Positions 41,502 through 53,244 of a stretch of 64,000 nt of DNA are shown here, one piece after another. The stretch lies in contig JAPEUI010000023.1 of assembly GCA_026025075.1 (NCBI GenBank), positions 1-64,000 of the forward strand, given 5' to 3'. The notes beneath the pieces are model-generated. The model ran no database searches and was not told the origin of the DNA. It saw only the letters and a program-made list of their open reading frames with translations. The DNA is from Vezdaea acicularis (Eukaryota). The translations under genes and the position numbers were made by a program. The first letter of the stretch is position 1, and the number at the start of each line of letters is the position of its first letter.

Positions 41502-42666
41502 ATGGCAGCGAGTACAGCAGCAGCTCAACAGAGCGACAACATTGCCCATGCTATTGCAGGTGCTGGTTAGAGCGAAACTCCTTGAAATGAATGTGTCAAA
41601 ACTCGTACTGACCGGAAACCAGGCGGTGGTCTTACATCTATGGCCTTAACGTCTGTTCTTCTTACAATTTGATTCAACGCCCACTCACCTAACTAGGTAT
41701 CCACTCATCACCCTTTCTACTCGAGCACAAGTCGAGTCAAAGCGAGCCGACTCGTCAGTTCTTGATGCTGCTCGCCGGATTATCCAGCGAGAAGGGGTTA
41801 GCGGCCTTTATTCCGGGCTTGAGTCTGCTCTCTTTGGCATAAGTGTCACTAATTTTGTTTACTATTATTGTTAGTACTTCAAGTAGCTTTTTATTTGTAC
41901 TTTACTACAATTAACTAATGCTTTCAATGCTCAGGGTATGAATGGACTCGTGCTGCCTTCGAAAAGGCAGCCAATAAAGCTGGAAGAGCATCTAAGAAAT
42001 TAACGACAATCGAATCCATAATCGCGGGAGCTATCGCTGGAAGTGCAACGGTCCTTATCACAAATCCAATATGGGTTGTAAATACTCGAATGACTGCTCG
42101 GAAGCAATATTCTGAAGATGAAGTACTTCCTGGGTCGAAACCTAAAAAGGCGCCTTCAACAATTGGCACTCTTGTGTCTCTTATACGAGATGAGGGCGCA
42201 AGCTCACTATTTGCTGGGATATTCCCTGCTTTAGTTCTCGTCATAAACCCAATCTTGCAATACACAATATTTGAGCAATTAAAAAACGCGCTTGAGAAAA
42301 GGCGAGTGGTGACAGCAAAAGACACCTTCTTTTTAGGCGCTATCGGAAAGCTACTTGCCACGACTATCACATACCCATATATAACAGTGAAGAGCCGAAT
42401 GCACATTGCCAGTAAGGACGCCCATAATGATACTGTTATGAATGGTATCCGTAAAGTTATTCGCAATGAAGGCTGGACGGGACTGTACAAAGGTCGATTG
42501 ATCATTGTAACTGGCAATCAAACAACGGCTAACTGTTGTATTAGGCGTCGGACCCAAGGTATCTCAGAGTGTTCTTACAGCGGCATTCCTATTTGCGTTT
42601 AAGGATGTGCTGTACAACCTGACTGTGAAAGCGCGAAGGAAGTTGCCAGTGGCCATCTCGAAGTAA
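41502..42666 (+). CDS. Peroxisomal carrier PMP47/PMP34-like (mitochondrial carrier family)
   Basis: DNIAHAIAGAGGG..YPLITLSTRAQV, TNPIWVVNTRM and TYPYITVKSRM carrier motifs; multi-exon. Confidence 0.9.
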
Positions 42667-43272
42667 ATGAAATTAAAAGGGGAATGATCTGAAGATTCTC
42701 CAGTTTAAATAATTTATTGGTGAAGTTGGATGCTTAACAGGCGCTTTTACGACCCATTTACTGAGTCTCGCTGGGGGCTGTGTAATTTATGCAGATGTAC
42801 AGTACATACCTATGGGTGTCAAGTTTCGAAGTTCAAACCCTTCATAACACAAGCAGTTATGGCTTCGCTTGGCAAGTGCTCAAAAGCTGCCGAGAAAGTG
42901 CACTAACCGATTCTGTAACAACCCACGCTTCCATAAACCTTATTCTGCCGCTTTTGTTAGTTCAAAGCTCTCTGCTTTGTTCCCCACCACCACTTGCAGA
43001 GGCTCTGCGCCATGATCAACTCTTTCTAATCATTTTTTGGAGCAATACTGAAGCTGCCATGAAAGGGTATGGCTACTATTTTGGCAATGAACAAGTAAGT
43101 CGATTTGTTCCGCAAGAGCAGAGCTCCTCATCAGTGACTGTGAGATTTCACGGGATGCTTGCTTTCGGTTCACCGAGACGCGTTTCCCAGCCAAACATCC
43201 ACTCCCATGACTCGCATACCCTTTGACGAATTCTTGCAGATTTCTGGCTAACCTTACCTCGTTGACAGGTCG

Positions 43273-46200
43273 GTGGGTCCTCAGGCGGAGGTAATAGACC
43301 TGACAGCGGACGACGAATACCCTGTTATTATATCTCAGCGCTCTATTCCGAATTCACAATTAATGACACACCACGGCCTGCCGAGTGTGTACTCGACGCC
43401 GAAAGTTCAACAGCTTCCGTCTCAACCTTCGCACCAATCGGAATGGAAGAGACATGGTATCAACTCGCAAACGAGCCCTATAATAGATCTTAGTTTGAAT
43501 CCAGCCATGAGCCCTGACCTTAGGCACAGGCCAGACTTGGTTACAGCTTCTGGACCTCCCTCTCATCAGAAAAGTACCAAGCCCCTGGTGACAGATCCTA
43601 TGGCTACACGTCTTGCTTCCCCGAAACAAGTGAGACTGCTGAATGGCATACATAAACAAAATCAATCAGACGCGCCAAAGGTCGAGCAAAATCCTCGTCC
43701 AGCTGTTCAGCGACCTCAAAAGCAGAGCTTTCGCGATATCAATCACGCTTTTTCGGCGCCTGAGACCTCCAATCTCACCCCGGAGACCCTTCCTCGGCCG
43801 TCACCAAAAGCGAGGCCCGCAGCAGGTCTAGGGCAACAACTTTCGGACTTCAAAACATCGCCTACACGTCCAGCTCCCAACTCGAGCTCTTACAATAAGC
43901 CAGCAAAATCTCAATTGCTGCAGCAACCAGGTCGGACTGTTATATCTCGCCCTTCCTATGAATCCCGCCCCAAAAAGGCTAAACGTTCAGCCCATTCAAT
44001 CGGCCATGCGTCGCAAACACGACATCGCCAGGGAAGCTCGCTGAGTGTGACTTCACCTGAGGGTAGGAGAAGAACCGGTGGCGTAAGACTGGGAATCCTA
44101 TCCGATGATGGAGGTGAGGGTCATCACCAGCGTCCAGAACGAAAGGCACGTTCTCGAGGCAGGTCTGCCCTTTCGCAATCGCCTCTCATAAGCTCTGACG
44201 ACGAGCTTCTCGGGTCGTTCACGACAAACTCGGGACTTGCCGACCACTCTGCGACTTCTGGACGACCTCGGCGTTCAGCAGCGGCTGCTGCCTCGTCATC
44301 CATAGCTAAGCTAATAGCCAACCCATTCGGTATCCAAAGGAGTACATCAAAGATCATCCACACAAGGCCCCGAAAGACGTCGGACTCGGATGTACTTGAA
44401 ATTATGGAAGCTGCAGCTATCTCTTCTGGCCAACAGCAGGTCAGCGAGGCCGCATGCGACGTTGACTTGAGTCCGTTCGCATCGCCCCCTGCAAAGAAGA
44501 GGAAACGACACCATTCAAGCTCGAAAAATCAGCGGCTGACCCACCTACCATACCGTAGCCCATCAAGGTTCCATTCTCGCGTTCACAACCCATCAATGCC
44601 ACCTGACACTATCAATCAGACTCAAAGTCCACATCATGTTGACTTTACCGATCAAGAGCTTCAGAGAATCCTGATTTGCTTGGAAACATCATTCGAAGAC
44701 ATAGAGGATGAAAATCCGATCATCTCTTCCCTGACCTGTCAGCAGAAACGTGAGAGGGTTAGGCTTCTGCTCGAAGACAAAGATTTGTCCGACATCGCTC
44801 AACAGCTGGACTCAACGTGCCTGCTCCTTCATCGATGCCTCGAGGACATCGAAGCATTTCTTGAAGACGTATCGTCTGGGCGGAGGCCATGGTCACAGAA
44901 GACTCTATTCCATCCCACCATCAAGAACGGAAGGCATATCATGGAGACGCTCCAGCCTTGTCCGACTCGCGCTCTGCTTAAGGATATGACTGAGGTCCCT
45001 GCTCTTCGGAGTCACCGCGAGCAACACAAGAAAGTAGTATACGACACGTTGAGCGCAGAATCTCGGTGGACTGGCGCATCGGGAGATGTCAATGCTGTAG
45101 TATTTGCTCCAGATCAGGATACCTTTGCAGTCTGTTCCACAGCACCTACAGGGGAGTATAACAGACCGCTCAATCTTCTAATCGGGAGCTATGACGGTAA
45201 TAGGCTCAGAGAGCTACCAGACCATCGCGTCAAATCCAATGAATGGTTTGGCAGTAAATATCAATCGCGTACAGTAGCTGCTGCTGCGTTTTCTCGGGAT
45301 AGCAAACGGATGTTTACCGCTAGCTACGATAGAACGGTCAAAATCTGGGACGTTTCCTGCTTCACAGCCGAGGCTAAATGTATTGAAGAATTCTCTCATA
45401 GAGCAGAGGTCGACCTAGTTACTACATCGAAGTGCCATTCCCTCTGGGCGACAGGCTCAAGGTGCATAGACAAAAGCATCTGCATCTTTCAAAGCGAGAA
45501 TGACAACTTTGAAGTTCTAGGAACACATAACTCACCTTATGCTTCAAGCAAACCGCAACAAAAAGTCTATCCAACATGCTTGAACTGGGGATCGGTGGGC
45601 TATTCTCAGAGCTATCTTCTATCGGGATTCTCTGCGAACAACGAGAACGGCGAAAGCGCGTATGGGCAAATTTGCATCTGGGATGCAAACTCCGAGAAGC
45701 TCTTGGCCTGCGCCCCCGATCAACAGAGCATTCAGGACTGCGCCTGGCATCCCACGAATCCCGAGATATTTGTAGTTGCAGCTAGCAAAGCGGCGAATGA
45801 TCAAACGCCCGGCCTCGGTAGCGTTGTTAAACTCTACGAGCTCTCAACTAGCCCGCTTGTATCAACAATGACCAATTACTCTACTCACATCCCTTCGACG
45901 CCACCTAGGCACACTTCTGTGCTTGAAATGAGATGTTCTAGCAAAGACGCTAACAGTGTGATGTTTTGTCCTTACGACACTTCTTACGTTGTTGGAAGCT
46001 ACACAGATGGCCGCAGCTATGTATGGGATATGCGTAGCCCAAAATGGCCTGTACACGTTTTAGAGCATGCCAGACCGCTTCAGGACCTTGATGAGACCGA
46101 TAGCGTGGATCTGTATGGTGTCGGGTTCGCTAGTTTTGGGGCGTCGAAATCCCGATTTTATACGGGATCTTCTGACGGCGTTGTACTCATCTGGGACATT

Positions 46201-47115
46201 ACTCGTCCTCAAGGCGAAGCTTGCGTTGGCCAGCTTGCAGATATTGGTGCAGGCATCAGATCTGGATCATTCTCCGCGGATCATTCCAGACTTGTGGTTG
46301 GCGACCTCACCGGCTCGATCACCACGTTCTCCGTGCTCCCTGATCCAGAACAAATCAAACTTGGGGAAATACGCTTCGATAGAGCTTCATCGGAACTACC
46401 GGAAGAAGACGCCGTCGATACCACTGCGGCGGACGCCGCTCGTGAGAATTTGGACTCTGGCGAGATAATACTGTCCAACGTGTGGGGTCAAGGCGCTGTT
46501 CAAGGTCCGAGATATGGGGAGGGCAAACGTAAACTCACTCGTGTTGACGCACATATTTCAGCACCGAAGGGCTATCGGGGAAAGATATGTGACCTGCCCC
46601 TGTTACCGGAGTTCCAAGACTTGGCCCTTCGCCCCAAGCGGTTCTCCACTCAAGATGACAGATCCCGTGGGCATGAGCAGGTCGAGCCGCCTATCCTTCC
46701 AGACGATGACGAGCGGTGCATCGAGGAGCGGCAAGAGCGAATGGATGCACAGAAGCTTACACTAAAGCTACAAAAAGAAATGCATGTCCCTGTGCCTCTA
46801 GGCGGATCAGAAGATAGTGAGCTTGACGTTGAAGCAGAAGGAGTAACTGACTGCAGTAGTGACAGTGACGAGAAGGGGGATGAAATGGGTAGTCGTGGCC
46901 GCGATGTAACTTGGAGCAAGCATTGGGATGGTGCGGAAGCTACACTGCATCATGAATGGCCAGTAAATGCAGCAAGGAAGTTTGATAAGCTTCATCCGGG
47001 TGGTCGCTGGAATCTCACTTCACGACCAGCACATCAGTACCGTGGCATAAGAAAACGGAGCCATACCGATATAGAAAGGGACGTGTCGCCTCAGAAGAAA
47101 TCCCGACACTCCTAA
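43273..47115 (+). CDS. Large WD40/DCAF protein, Raf1/Dos1/Clr8-like; true start not resolved
   Basis: 1280-codon ORF with a disordered N-terminal half, then WTGASGDVNAV..YNRPLNLLIGS, TASYDRTVKIWD, YVWDMR (WDxR) and TGSSDGVVLIWD. Confidence 0.72.
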   Translation: MGPQAEVIDLTADDEYPVIISQRSIPNSQLMTHHGLPSVYSTPKVQQLPSQPSHQSEWKRHGINSQTSPIIDLSLNPAMSPDLRHRPDLVTASGPPSHQKSTKPLVTDPMATRLASPKQVRLLNGIHKQNQSDAPKVEQNPRPAVQRPQKQSFRDINHAFSAPETSNLTPETLPRPSPKARPAAGLGQQLSDFKTSPTRPAPNSSSYNKPAKSQLLQQPGRTVISRPSYESRPKKAKRSAHSIGHASQTRHRQGSSLSVTSPEGRRRTGGVRLGILSDDGGEGHHQRPERKARSRGRSALSQSPLISSDDELLGSFTTNSGLADHSATSGRPRRSAAAAASSSIAKLIANPFGIQRSTSKIIHTRPRKTSDSDVLEIMEAAAISSGQQQVSEAACDVDLSPFASPPAKKRKRHHSSSKNQRLTHLPYRSPSRFHSRVHNPSMPPDTINQTQSPHHVDFTDQELQRILICLETSFEDIEDENPIISSLTCQQKRERVRLLLEDKDLSDIAQQLDSTCLLLHRCLEDIEAFLEDVSSGRRPWSQKTLFHPTIKNGRHIMETLQPCPTRALLKDMTEVPALRSHREQHKKVVYDTLSAESRWTGASGDVNAVVFAPDQDTFAVCSTAPTGEYNRPLNLLIGSYDGNRLRELPDHRVKSNEWFGSKYQSRTVAAAAFSRDSKRMFTASYDRTVKIWDVSCFTAEAKCIEEFSHRAEVDLVTTSKCHSLWATGSRCIDKSICIFQSENDNFEVLGTHNSPYASSKPQQKVYPTCLNWGSVGYSQSYLLSGFSANNENGESAYGQICIWDANSEKLLACAPDQQSIQDCAWHPTNPEIFVVAASKAANDQTPGLGSVVKLYELSTSPLVSTMTNYSTHIPSTPPRHTSVLEMRCSSKDANSVMFCPYDTSYVVGSYTDGRSYVWDMRSPKWPVHVLEHARPLQDLDETDSVDLYGVGFASFGASKSRFYTGSSDGVVLIWDITRPQGEACVGQLADIGAGIRSGSFSADHSRLVVGDLTGSITTFSVLPDPEQIKLGEIRFDRASSELPEEDAVDTTAADAARENLDSGEIILSNVWGQGAVQGPRYGEGKRKLTRVDAHISAPKGYRGKICDLPLLPEFQDLALRPKRFSTQDDRSRGHEQVEPPILPDDDERCIEERQERMDAQKLTLKLQKEMHVPVPLGGSEDSELDVEAEGVTDCSSDSDEKGDEMGSRGRDVTWSKHWDGAEATLHHEWPVNAARKFDKLHPGGRWNLTSRPAHQYRGIRKRSHTDIERDVSPQKKSRHS

Positions 47116-47873
47116 GCCGTGCTCTCACATACCAGATGCTTAAGAGCAAGCACATTGAAAGGAACCCCACACTACTCTCAAGGCGTACCCCTGCTTTTCA
47201 AGCACTTAGGGCGACCTTATGCCACTTCACTTCAAATTTGGTGAGCTAATGATGTGGCCATGGCTATCTTCACCAAAAAAAGATAAAAAATAAAAGATTT
47301 ATGGGATATCCTTTTATCCAAGCAACCTTTCAAGCACGATTTGATTGATGCGTGAGCCCCCGGAACTGCTAAACGTAACAAAGAAAAACGTCTTTGAGCC
47401 ATATCGCCCTTTTTCACCTAGTGCAATACATGATGACTTCTCAAGCCCAATCATGTTCATCCCACACAGGATTTTCTGATGCTTCCCCTCAAGCCCTTGC
47501 GAAGTGAAGTAGGCTGTAGGTCATCTGATTTGGCATGGTTCTGATAAGGTTTGTTATCTTCTTCATACAGGTCTACGGCATTCGATTCACCACTGTTCCG
47601 CAATGAAACATGAATATGCTGATACTGCTTGAAAATCCATTTCTCATAACTTAGGACGTATTACATCACACCGTATATACATAAAATTCGCAAAATAGTG
47701 TTCCCTTCATGACACGCGCAAAGCCGCATAAGATGTTGTCATCTGAGTCTGTTGAAAGAACACCACCCCCATTTAGGACGGACATCGAAACAAAGAAAAG
47801 GCGAGATGTAAGTATGTACTCGTACAATGCGTCCACAATCGCCCAGCAGGCTCAACGCCCTACCACGAGGCCT

Positions 47874-49120
47874 TTAACCTTTCGGCGTAAGAGCTCCGCC
47901 CCGGAATAGGTCCTCATCGCTAGACATTCCATCCGCAAGGCTCGATTTTTTCGTATTCGATAACGGCGAGCTGATAGACGTGATGGTCTGGCCTTTATGG
48001 ATCCCTCCGTACATTGGCAAAGGTTGCGCGATCTCACGCACAGCGCCCCTATCTGAGCTCATATTCAGCCAGGAGTGCTGATGGAAAGGATTGGAGATGA
48101 GGGTGCGGGAAGGGCGGAACGAGCGCGCAGCAGTCGGGTTCGTGGGGGAGCCGTAGGTGGTCCCGTTGTTGCGCGAGAAGAGGTTGCGGAAGGAGCTGAG
48201 GCAGCATACTATCAGGGCGGCGCCAACCTCGATCATGGTCCAGAAGGAGAGCCAGACGGGGTTGGGGAATTTCTCGCTCAGGCTTAGCACGGCGATGCGT
48301 ACGATGGCGGTGATGATTATGATGAAGCCGCCGCAGAGGAGGCCGAGGAGGCCCCACTTCTTGCGGGGGGGAAGCTGCACTTTGCGGAGGAGGTGGACAG
48401 GAACAGCGATGACTGGAGAGAGTAATGGTCAGAATGAGAACTCTCCAAGTCTGGATGGGAACTTACTGAGAAGGTCAGAGATAACATCAAGCACAGTCGT
48501 GACCTTGAGGGCTACGGTGGCTTTGTAATAGCCAGAGGCAGAAGCACACTTCACTTTGGCGGGGTCAATAGAGGTCTCGACTCTAGAACGTTGAGCTTAC
48601 CATAATCAAAGCTGCTACAGTAGACGGGCTCGGTGACAATTGAACCGCAATAGGTGAGAATGGTAAAGGCCATCACACACCGCCAGAATATCTCATGTCT
48701 TCTTTCCTTACCGCTCAGCCTCCGGAAGAAAAGAAGAAAGGATACCTTGACGGCCCACAGGGTCGACCAAAACAATATTGAACTTGTGAAACTGAGCTTG
48801 AAGTAGGAGCTTAGGAGGTCGAAGAAGTCAGGAGGATAAGGTATTTCACCATGAGAAGCTTTGTCGATAATCTCCCACTTGGGCGAAGTGATTGACCACG
48901 AGATGAGTAAACCAACGCTACACAGTGTTGCGGCGACCACAGCCCAGTCGTCGGAGTGAAATTTGTGGAATCTCTGGTACCTCAACATCAGTCGGGAGAG
49001 TACCACTACCCAGGCTATGGACACCCATGTCCATGAGATGCCTGCCACCACATGCAGTGGGAGAGTTGGGGTGTCTGCGAGAAAGCTTGAGTTCGAGGAG
49101 GCTCGCGAGATGAGAGGCAT
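47874..49120 (-). CDS. Pth11-like (fungal rhodopsin-domain) integral membrane protein without CFEM
   Basis: SRLMLRYQR..SDDW, WAVKVSFLLFFRRL, DVISDLL..IAVP..LLRKVQLPPRKKWGL, WTMIEVGAALIVCCL; introns near 48600 and 48465. Confidence 0.85.
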
Positions 49121-50124
49121 CTTGGTCGTTGTCCCCGTCGTATAGGATAGCAGCTATGTTGCTCAGCGCGTGCTCAAAGCAGCATTTACTGAAGTCGCGA
49201 GCTACCAGGCGGGGTCATGGATGCCCGGTATCAAAGAAACCGCGGAGGACCAACAGCTTAAGTTTCTGTAGATGCGATCGAAACGCTTGAGGAAGAAGAA
49301 GATCAAGTAGGTCCTCAACGCCGGCGATTGGGCAAAAGAACAGTGTTCCACCCGCCGTTCGCGACTAAGAGAGAGAAGATGCAGCGTTTCTACGGCCCAT
49401 CAAAACCGTTTTTGAGCAGTGCCCAGAAGGCTTATGTTGATGATAGTGCGAAGTGGCGTCGCACGCGGGAGGCATGCATCCCAATGGGACGATTTGCCAT
49501 GGCTAGCCCAGAGTGAGACGGCTCGTGTATGACATATATTCCCTAAATGACAGAGGACTTAATTGGTTGCAGTCGGGTCGACCGGACGGGCGTTTCAATT
49601 CGCAATCAGTCACCTGCATTTCTCGTGGTGATCCTCAGACTTGTTCCGCTAGCGATGCGACTAGGGCATGGGCCACAATCTGCCCCAGATCCTTCTCCCG
49701 CTAGTGACCTTCACATCGGGTGAACATTGGCTGGTGGCGTTGTAAGGAGCTGCATGCTGGTTCTCATCCAGACTTGCGGGGCAACCCTCAGTTGATAAGT
49801 CGCTTTTTCTGAACGTTGACCAGACGATACCTTCGTCTTGAACTGCGCTCATCAAAGGATGACAGCGCGAGAGGAATGTTGGGCCCCATCAACGGTTGCT
49901 GCGCTAGAAAATGCCATATCGATCAACGAATTTTGCGGTTAATTGAAGAGGCGAGACCAAAATTATAGTAGACCACGCTTTATCTGCTTGCGATGGGCCC
50001 TCATGCTACCAAAGTGTGTTGCCATTCAGCCTGTATCCCTGTAACGAGATTCAGGGACCAACCACAAAACATCATTGCCGTTCTTACCGCATCTTTTGGT
50101 CCATTATAAGTTAGTGGGTCCCGA

Positions 50125-50712
50125 CTAAAGTGCTCCGCGTTCGCCTTGGATCAGTCCAGCCTCCTCCTCCTCCTCTTCACTTGGTAAAGTGTCCGGGAAC
50201 CATCCATATTCCGCAAAGTCAACGCTGAATTCACCCATCGCGTTTTGCTGGACCCTGACGCCCTCACTCCGCAATGCATTGGCCTGATGAAGTGCGCCTG
50301 ATACTCCCCTTCAATCCCAACTTAGCTGGCAATTCGATCATTCTGACTACTTGAGCAAGAACTTACCTTGGTGAGATTTGGCCCTTAGAATTGATCACGC
50401 GCTGCCAAGGCACTGTATCGTCGGTGAAAGCCCTAGAGGTTGACTTTGGGAGGTGTTTAAGGCAGATGCCTACTTGTCTGAGTTGTGAGTCAAGAAAGAT
50501 GAAGCGTTAGAAACCCTTCTACGATGCTTACCTGGGGCGCTCGGCTGAAGGTTGAAGCTGTTAGTTTTCAGAATGTGTAGCATCAAGCGTAACCTACGAT
50601 GTCCAAGCAACCTTGCAATATGCCCGTAACTTGTCACCTTGCCCTTAGGGATCTCTTGGACTGCCGCGTAAACTGCCGTAAACCAAGCCTCAGCTTCATC
50701 CGTTCGCGGCAT
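50125..50712 (-). CDS. ATL1: Alkyltransferase-like protein (ATL; MGMT family lacking the catalytic Cys)
   Basis: MPRTDEAEAWFTAVYAAVQEIPKGKVTSYGHIARLLGH|PERP|RQVG...VPWQRVINSKG; PWQRV replaces PCHRV; 13-nt micro-exon 50544-50532. Confidence 0.9.
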
Positions 50713-51232
50713 TCTCTCGGGCTGATTGAACATGAGTCTATCCCGCTGTGAGGCAACTGCAAGGAGATCCTGCAGTGATTCTTCATGCCGCTTCTTTTTC
50801 GTCGTTGTCGGTTACGAACTAAAAGAGGTTGGCTGCCCATCTTTTCGCTTTAGCGTCGATCTTTTTCCTAAATCCGCAGGTCAAACTTATCCGGGAAATG
50901 TTTTTTTCTTCTCGTCTTCTTCCCGTCGACATCCGCTCGATATCATGCATGGGATTTTGCAACGCGATCCAACCTTACTTTGATAATGCCCACGTGCGAA
51001 CGATCGAACGATTCCGCTAGTCCGCTCCCGGTTGACTCGTGGTTTGCAGGGACCAGGGATTGGCCGCCAGTGCCGCATAGCGTGTAAGCCCGGAGACCGT
51101 GCAAGCATGATCACCGCTTAGAGTCGCTCACCCAAGAGAGTGGTGTGCGTCTAAAAACATTTAAAGATCTGACGTAATTGATATTGTGGCCTGAGATGGC
51201 CCCCTCGAAAGCCACAGAGGATTCACACCATT

Positions 51233-52097
51233 GACCTAACCCTAGTAATTGAGTCAACACAAACCCTAACCTGAAAGGGTAATACGAAGTCTAGGCTGCA
51301 GATTAAATGGGGCAATATATAAACAATGGGGTCATATAGATACAATGAGGTCTCGTAAGATCTAGCTATAGCATATAGTAGAAAACTATTCGATGACAAG
51401 CCATCGGGGTAGCGTCATCGGCATATATAGATAAGGGGCTCGATCAGCGCTGCCACTGGGCTAGGCCGTAAGCGGCGCTCATCTTGCTTAGCCTGCCATA
51501 GCTCTGCTGACAGGCCATCGAGAAAGCCACCGTGGCGTTTTACATTGATCCATAGCCTTAAAAATTGCTTCACGTTGGATGGGGTCAACGGAAAGGCGAT
51601 AGGAGGGCGAAAATGGTGGGATGGGATCAATAGGAAGGCGAGGGAAGGGTGATGGTGAAGCAAGTAGAAGTGTAAGGATAGGCAAGAGCTCTGCTTCTTT
51701 TCTGAGAGCGCAGGAGGTATACGCTCAGCAAGACGTACACAGGTTATAAGGCTACGGTAGCTAGATATAATGATATTCGGCAGAAAAAATGATAATTGCC
51801 CGATTAAATAGGGCAATATAGGGATAATGGGGTCATATATATATAATGGTATGTGGCGGATTCAATAGTAGTCGCCTGATTAAATAGGGTGATATAGACA
51901 CAAAGGGCGCATATAGATATAATGATATGCAGCGGACATAATAGTAGTCGCCCGATTAAATGAGGCAATATAGAGATATTGGGCTCATATAGATATAATG
52001 AAGTGGCTATGAAGTCTCATAGAATCTAGCCATAGCATGGGAATAAGAAACTAATTCAATGACAAGCCATTGGGGGAGTGCCATTGGGCATATAAGA
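51233..52097. repeat. AT/TpA-rich repeat element: ~3.2 copies of a 76-bp unit, a displaced direct repeat and telomere-like motifs; possible non-autonomous transposon relic
   Basis: GATTAAAT anchors at 51802, 51878 and 51954 (exact 76-bp period); 51301-51430 is similar to 51954-52097; CCTAACCCTA at 51235 and AACCCTAACC at 51262. Confidence 0.8.
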
Positions 52098-52152
52098 CGA
52101 CATCCTTTTGGCTACGCTATGCATTATGCTATGGACAATTCATGGCGCGCAG

Positions 52153-53244
52153 TCAAGCCATATGTGACGCCGCCTCCCTACGAAGATACTTTGTAAGGGA
52201 CGGATGCACAGGCTTGAAGCCAAGTCTTGTCGCTCGATCAGTCTTGAAATACATGTTTCCCGGCATAAGCAGATCCACGAGCTCCCCTCCACCTGCCTCA
52301 CCGTAGGCGAAGCTCTTGGGTATTGGGGAGGAGATTACTCCTTTAGCGTGCAGCTGTTTAGCAAAAGCTGTGCAGGCAGTTTTCCAGCTATCGTTCTGGC
52401 TACCGACAATAAAGCAGCGACTGTAGACACTGCCCTTGGGTTCGTCTGAGAGTGAAAGCTCAAGAACTTTAAGGACGAATGGAGCGATATCCCCAACGTG
52501 AATCTAGCAGCTATTAGCGGTAAATCTAGGAAGCTAATCACATATCTACTGACGGAATTGAAGTTACTGCTGCCTTCACCGATGTATGGTACAACACCAA
52601 GCTCCTTTGCTTTGGCCTCCATGAAGACTTGAATCACGCCAGGGGCGCTCAAAGGTCCTACAGAAGGTCCATAGACTCCTGAGGGGAAGATAATGTAGGT
52701 GTTGATCCTTCCGTCCTTGCCGCCTTCAAGCACTTCTACATCACAGCCTCCATTAAGCATGTTGGCGTTTATCAGCCTCATGTCTTCCTCGTTATCGTCA
52801 TTATAAACTTTCGCCTCCGGATTGGACTTTCCAGCTTTTGTATGGTCACTAAAATTGCCGGTTCCGCTTATATGGATAAGAGTGCCTTTTGCCTCAGTTG
52901 GCCTCTGCCTAAGACCATCGACGATAGCCCTTGTGAGGGGCACATCCCAGGAAGAGCCGCTGTTTATAACGATATCATGATCTTTGGCCAAAATTGAGAT
53001 CTTCTCAAGCTCGGAGAAGTCGCCGTGTACGATTCTATCAACGCCGACAGCCGAAGTCAAATATGTATCAGCGTTCTTATTACGGAGGTAGACTGTCAAA
53101 TGAAAGCTTGGATATGCCTTCTTCAAAGCAACCACAAGGTGGGCTATTTAAAGAAGTCAGCGAGAACGGTAGTTTTTAGCAAGCTACCAAGGACTTCTTA
53201 CAGCCTATCAGGCCTGTAGAACCAAAGAGTAGTATGGATGGCAT
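52153..53244 (-). CDS. NAD(P)-binding Rossmann-fold protein (epimerase/dehydratase-like atypical SDR)
   Basis: Three exons: MPSILLFGSTGLIG|SHLVVALK...LIHISGTG...PSGVYG..IGEG..NS|IHVGDIA...; stop TGA at 52155-52153. Confidence 0.85.

Noticed and set aside
47429..47481. CATGATGA...CTGATG box C/D-like segment
   Set aside because: Only ~53 nt, and I could not match a guide to rRNA; probably chance.
51761..52000. CRISPR-like interpretation of the periodic repeat
   Set aside because: Whole units are homologous (no unique spacers), the context is eukaryotic and there are no cas genes.
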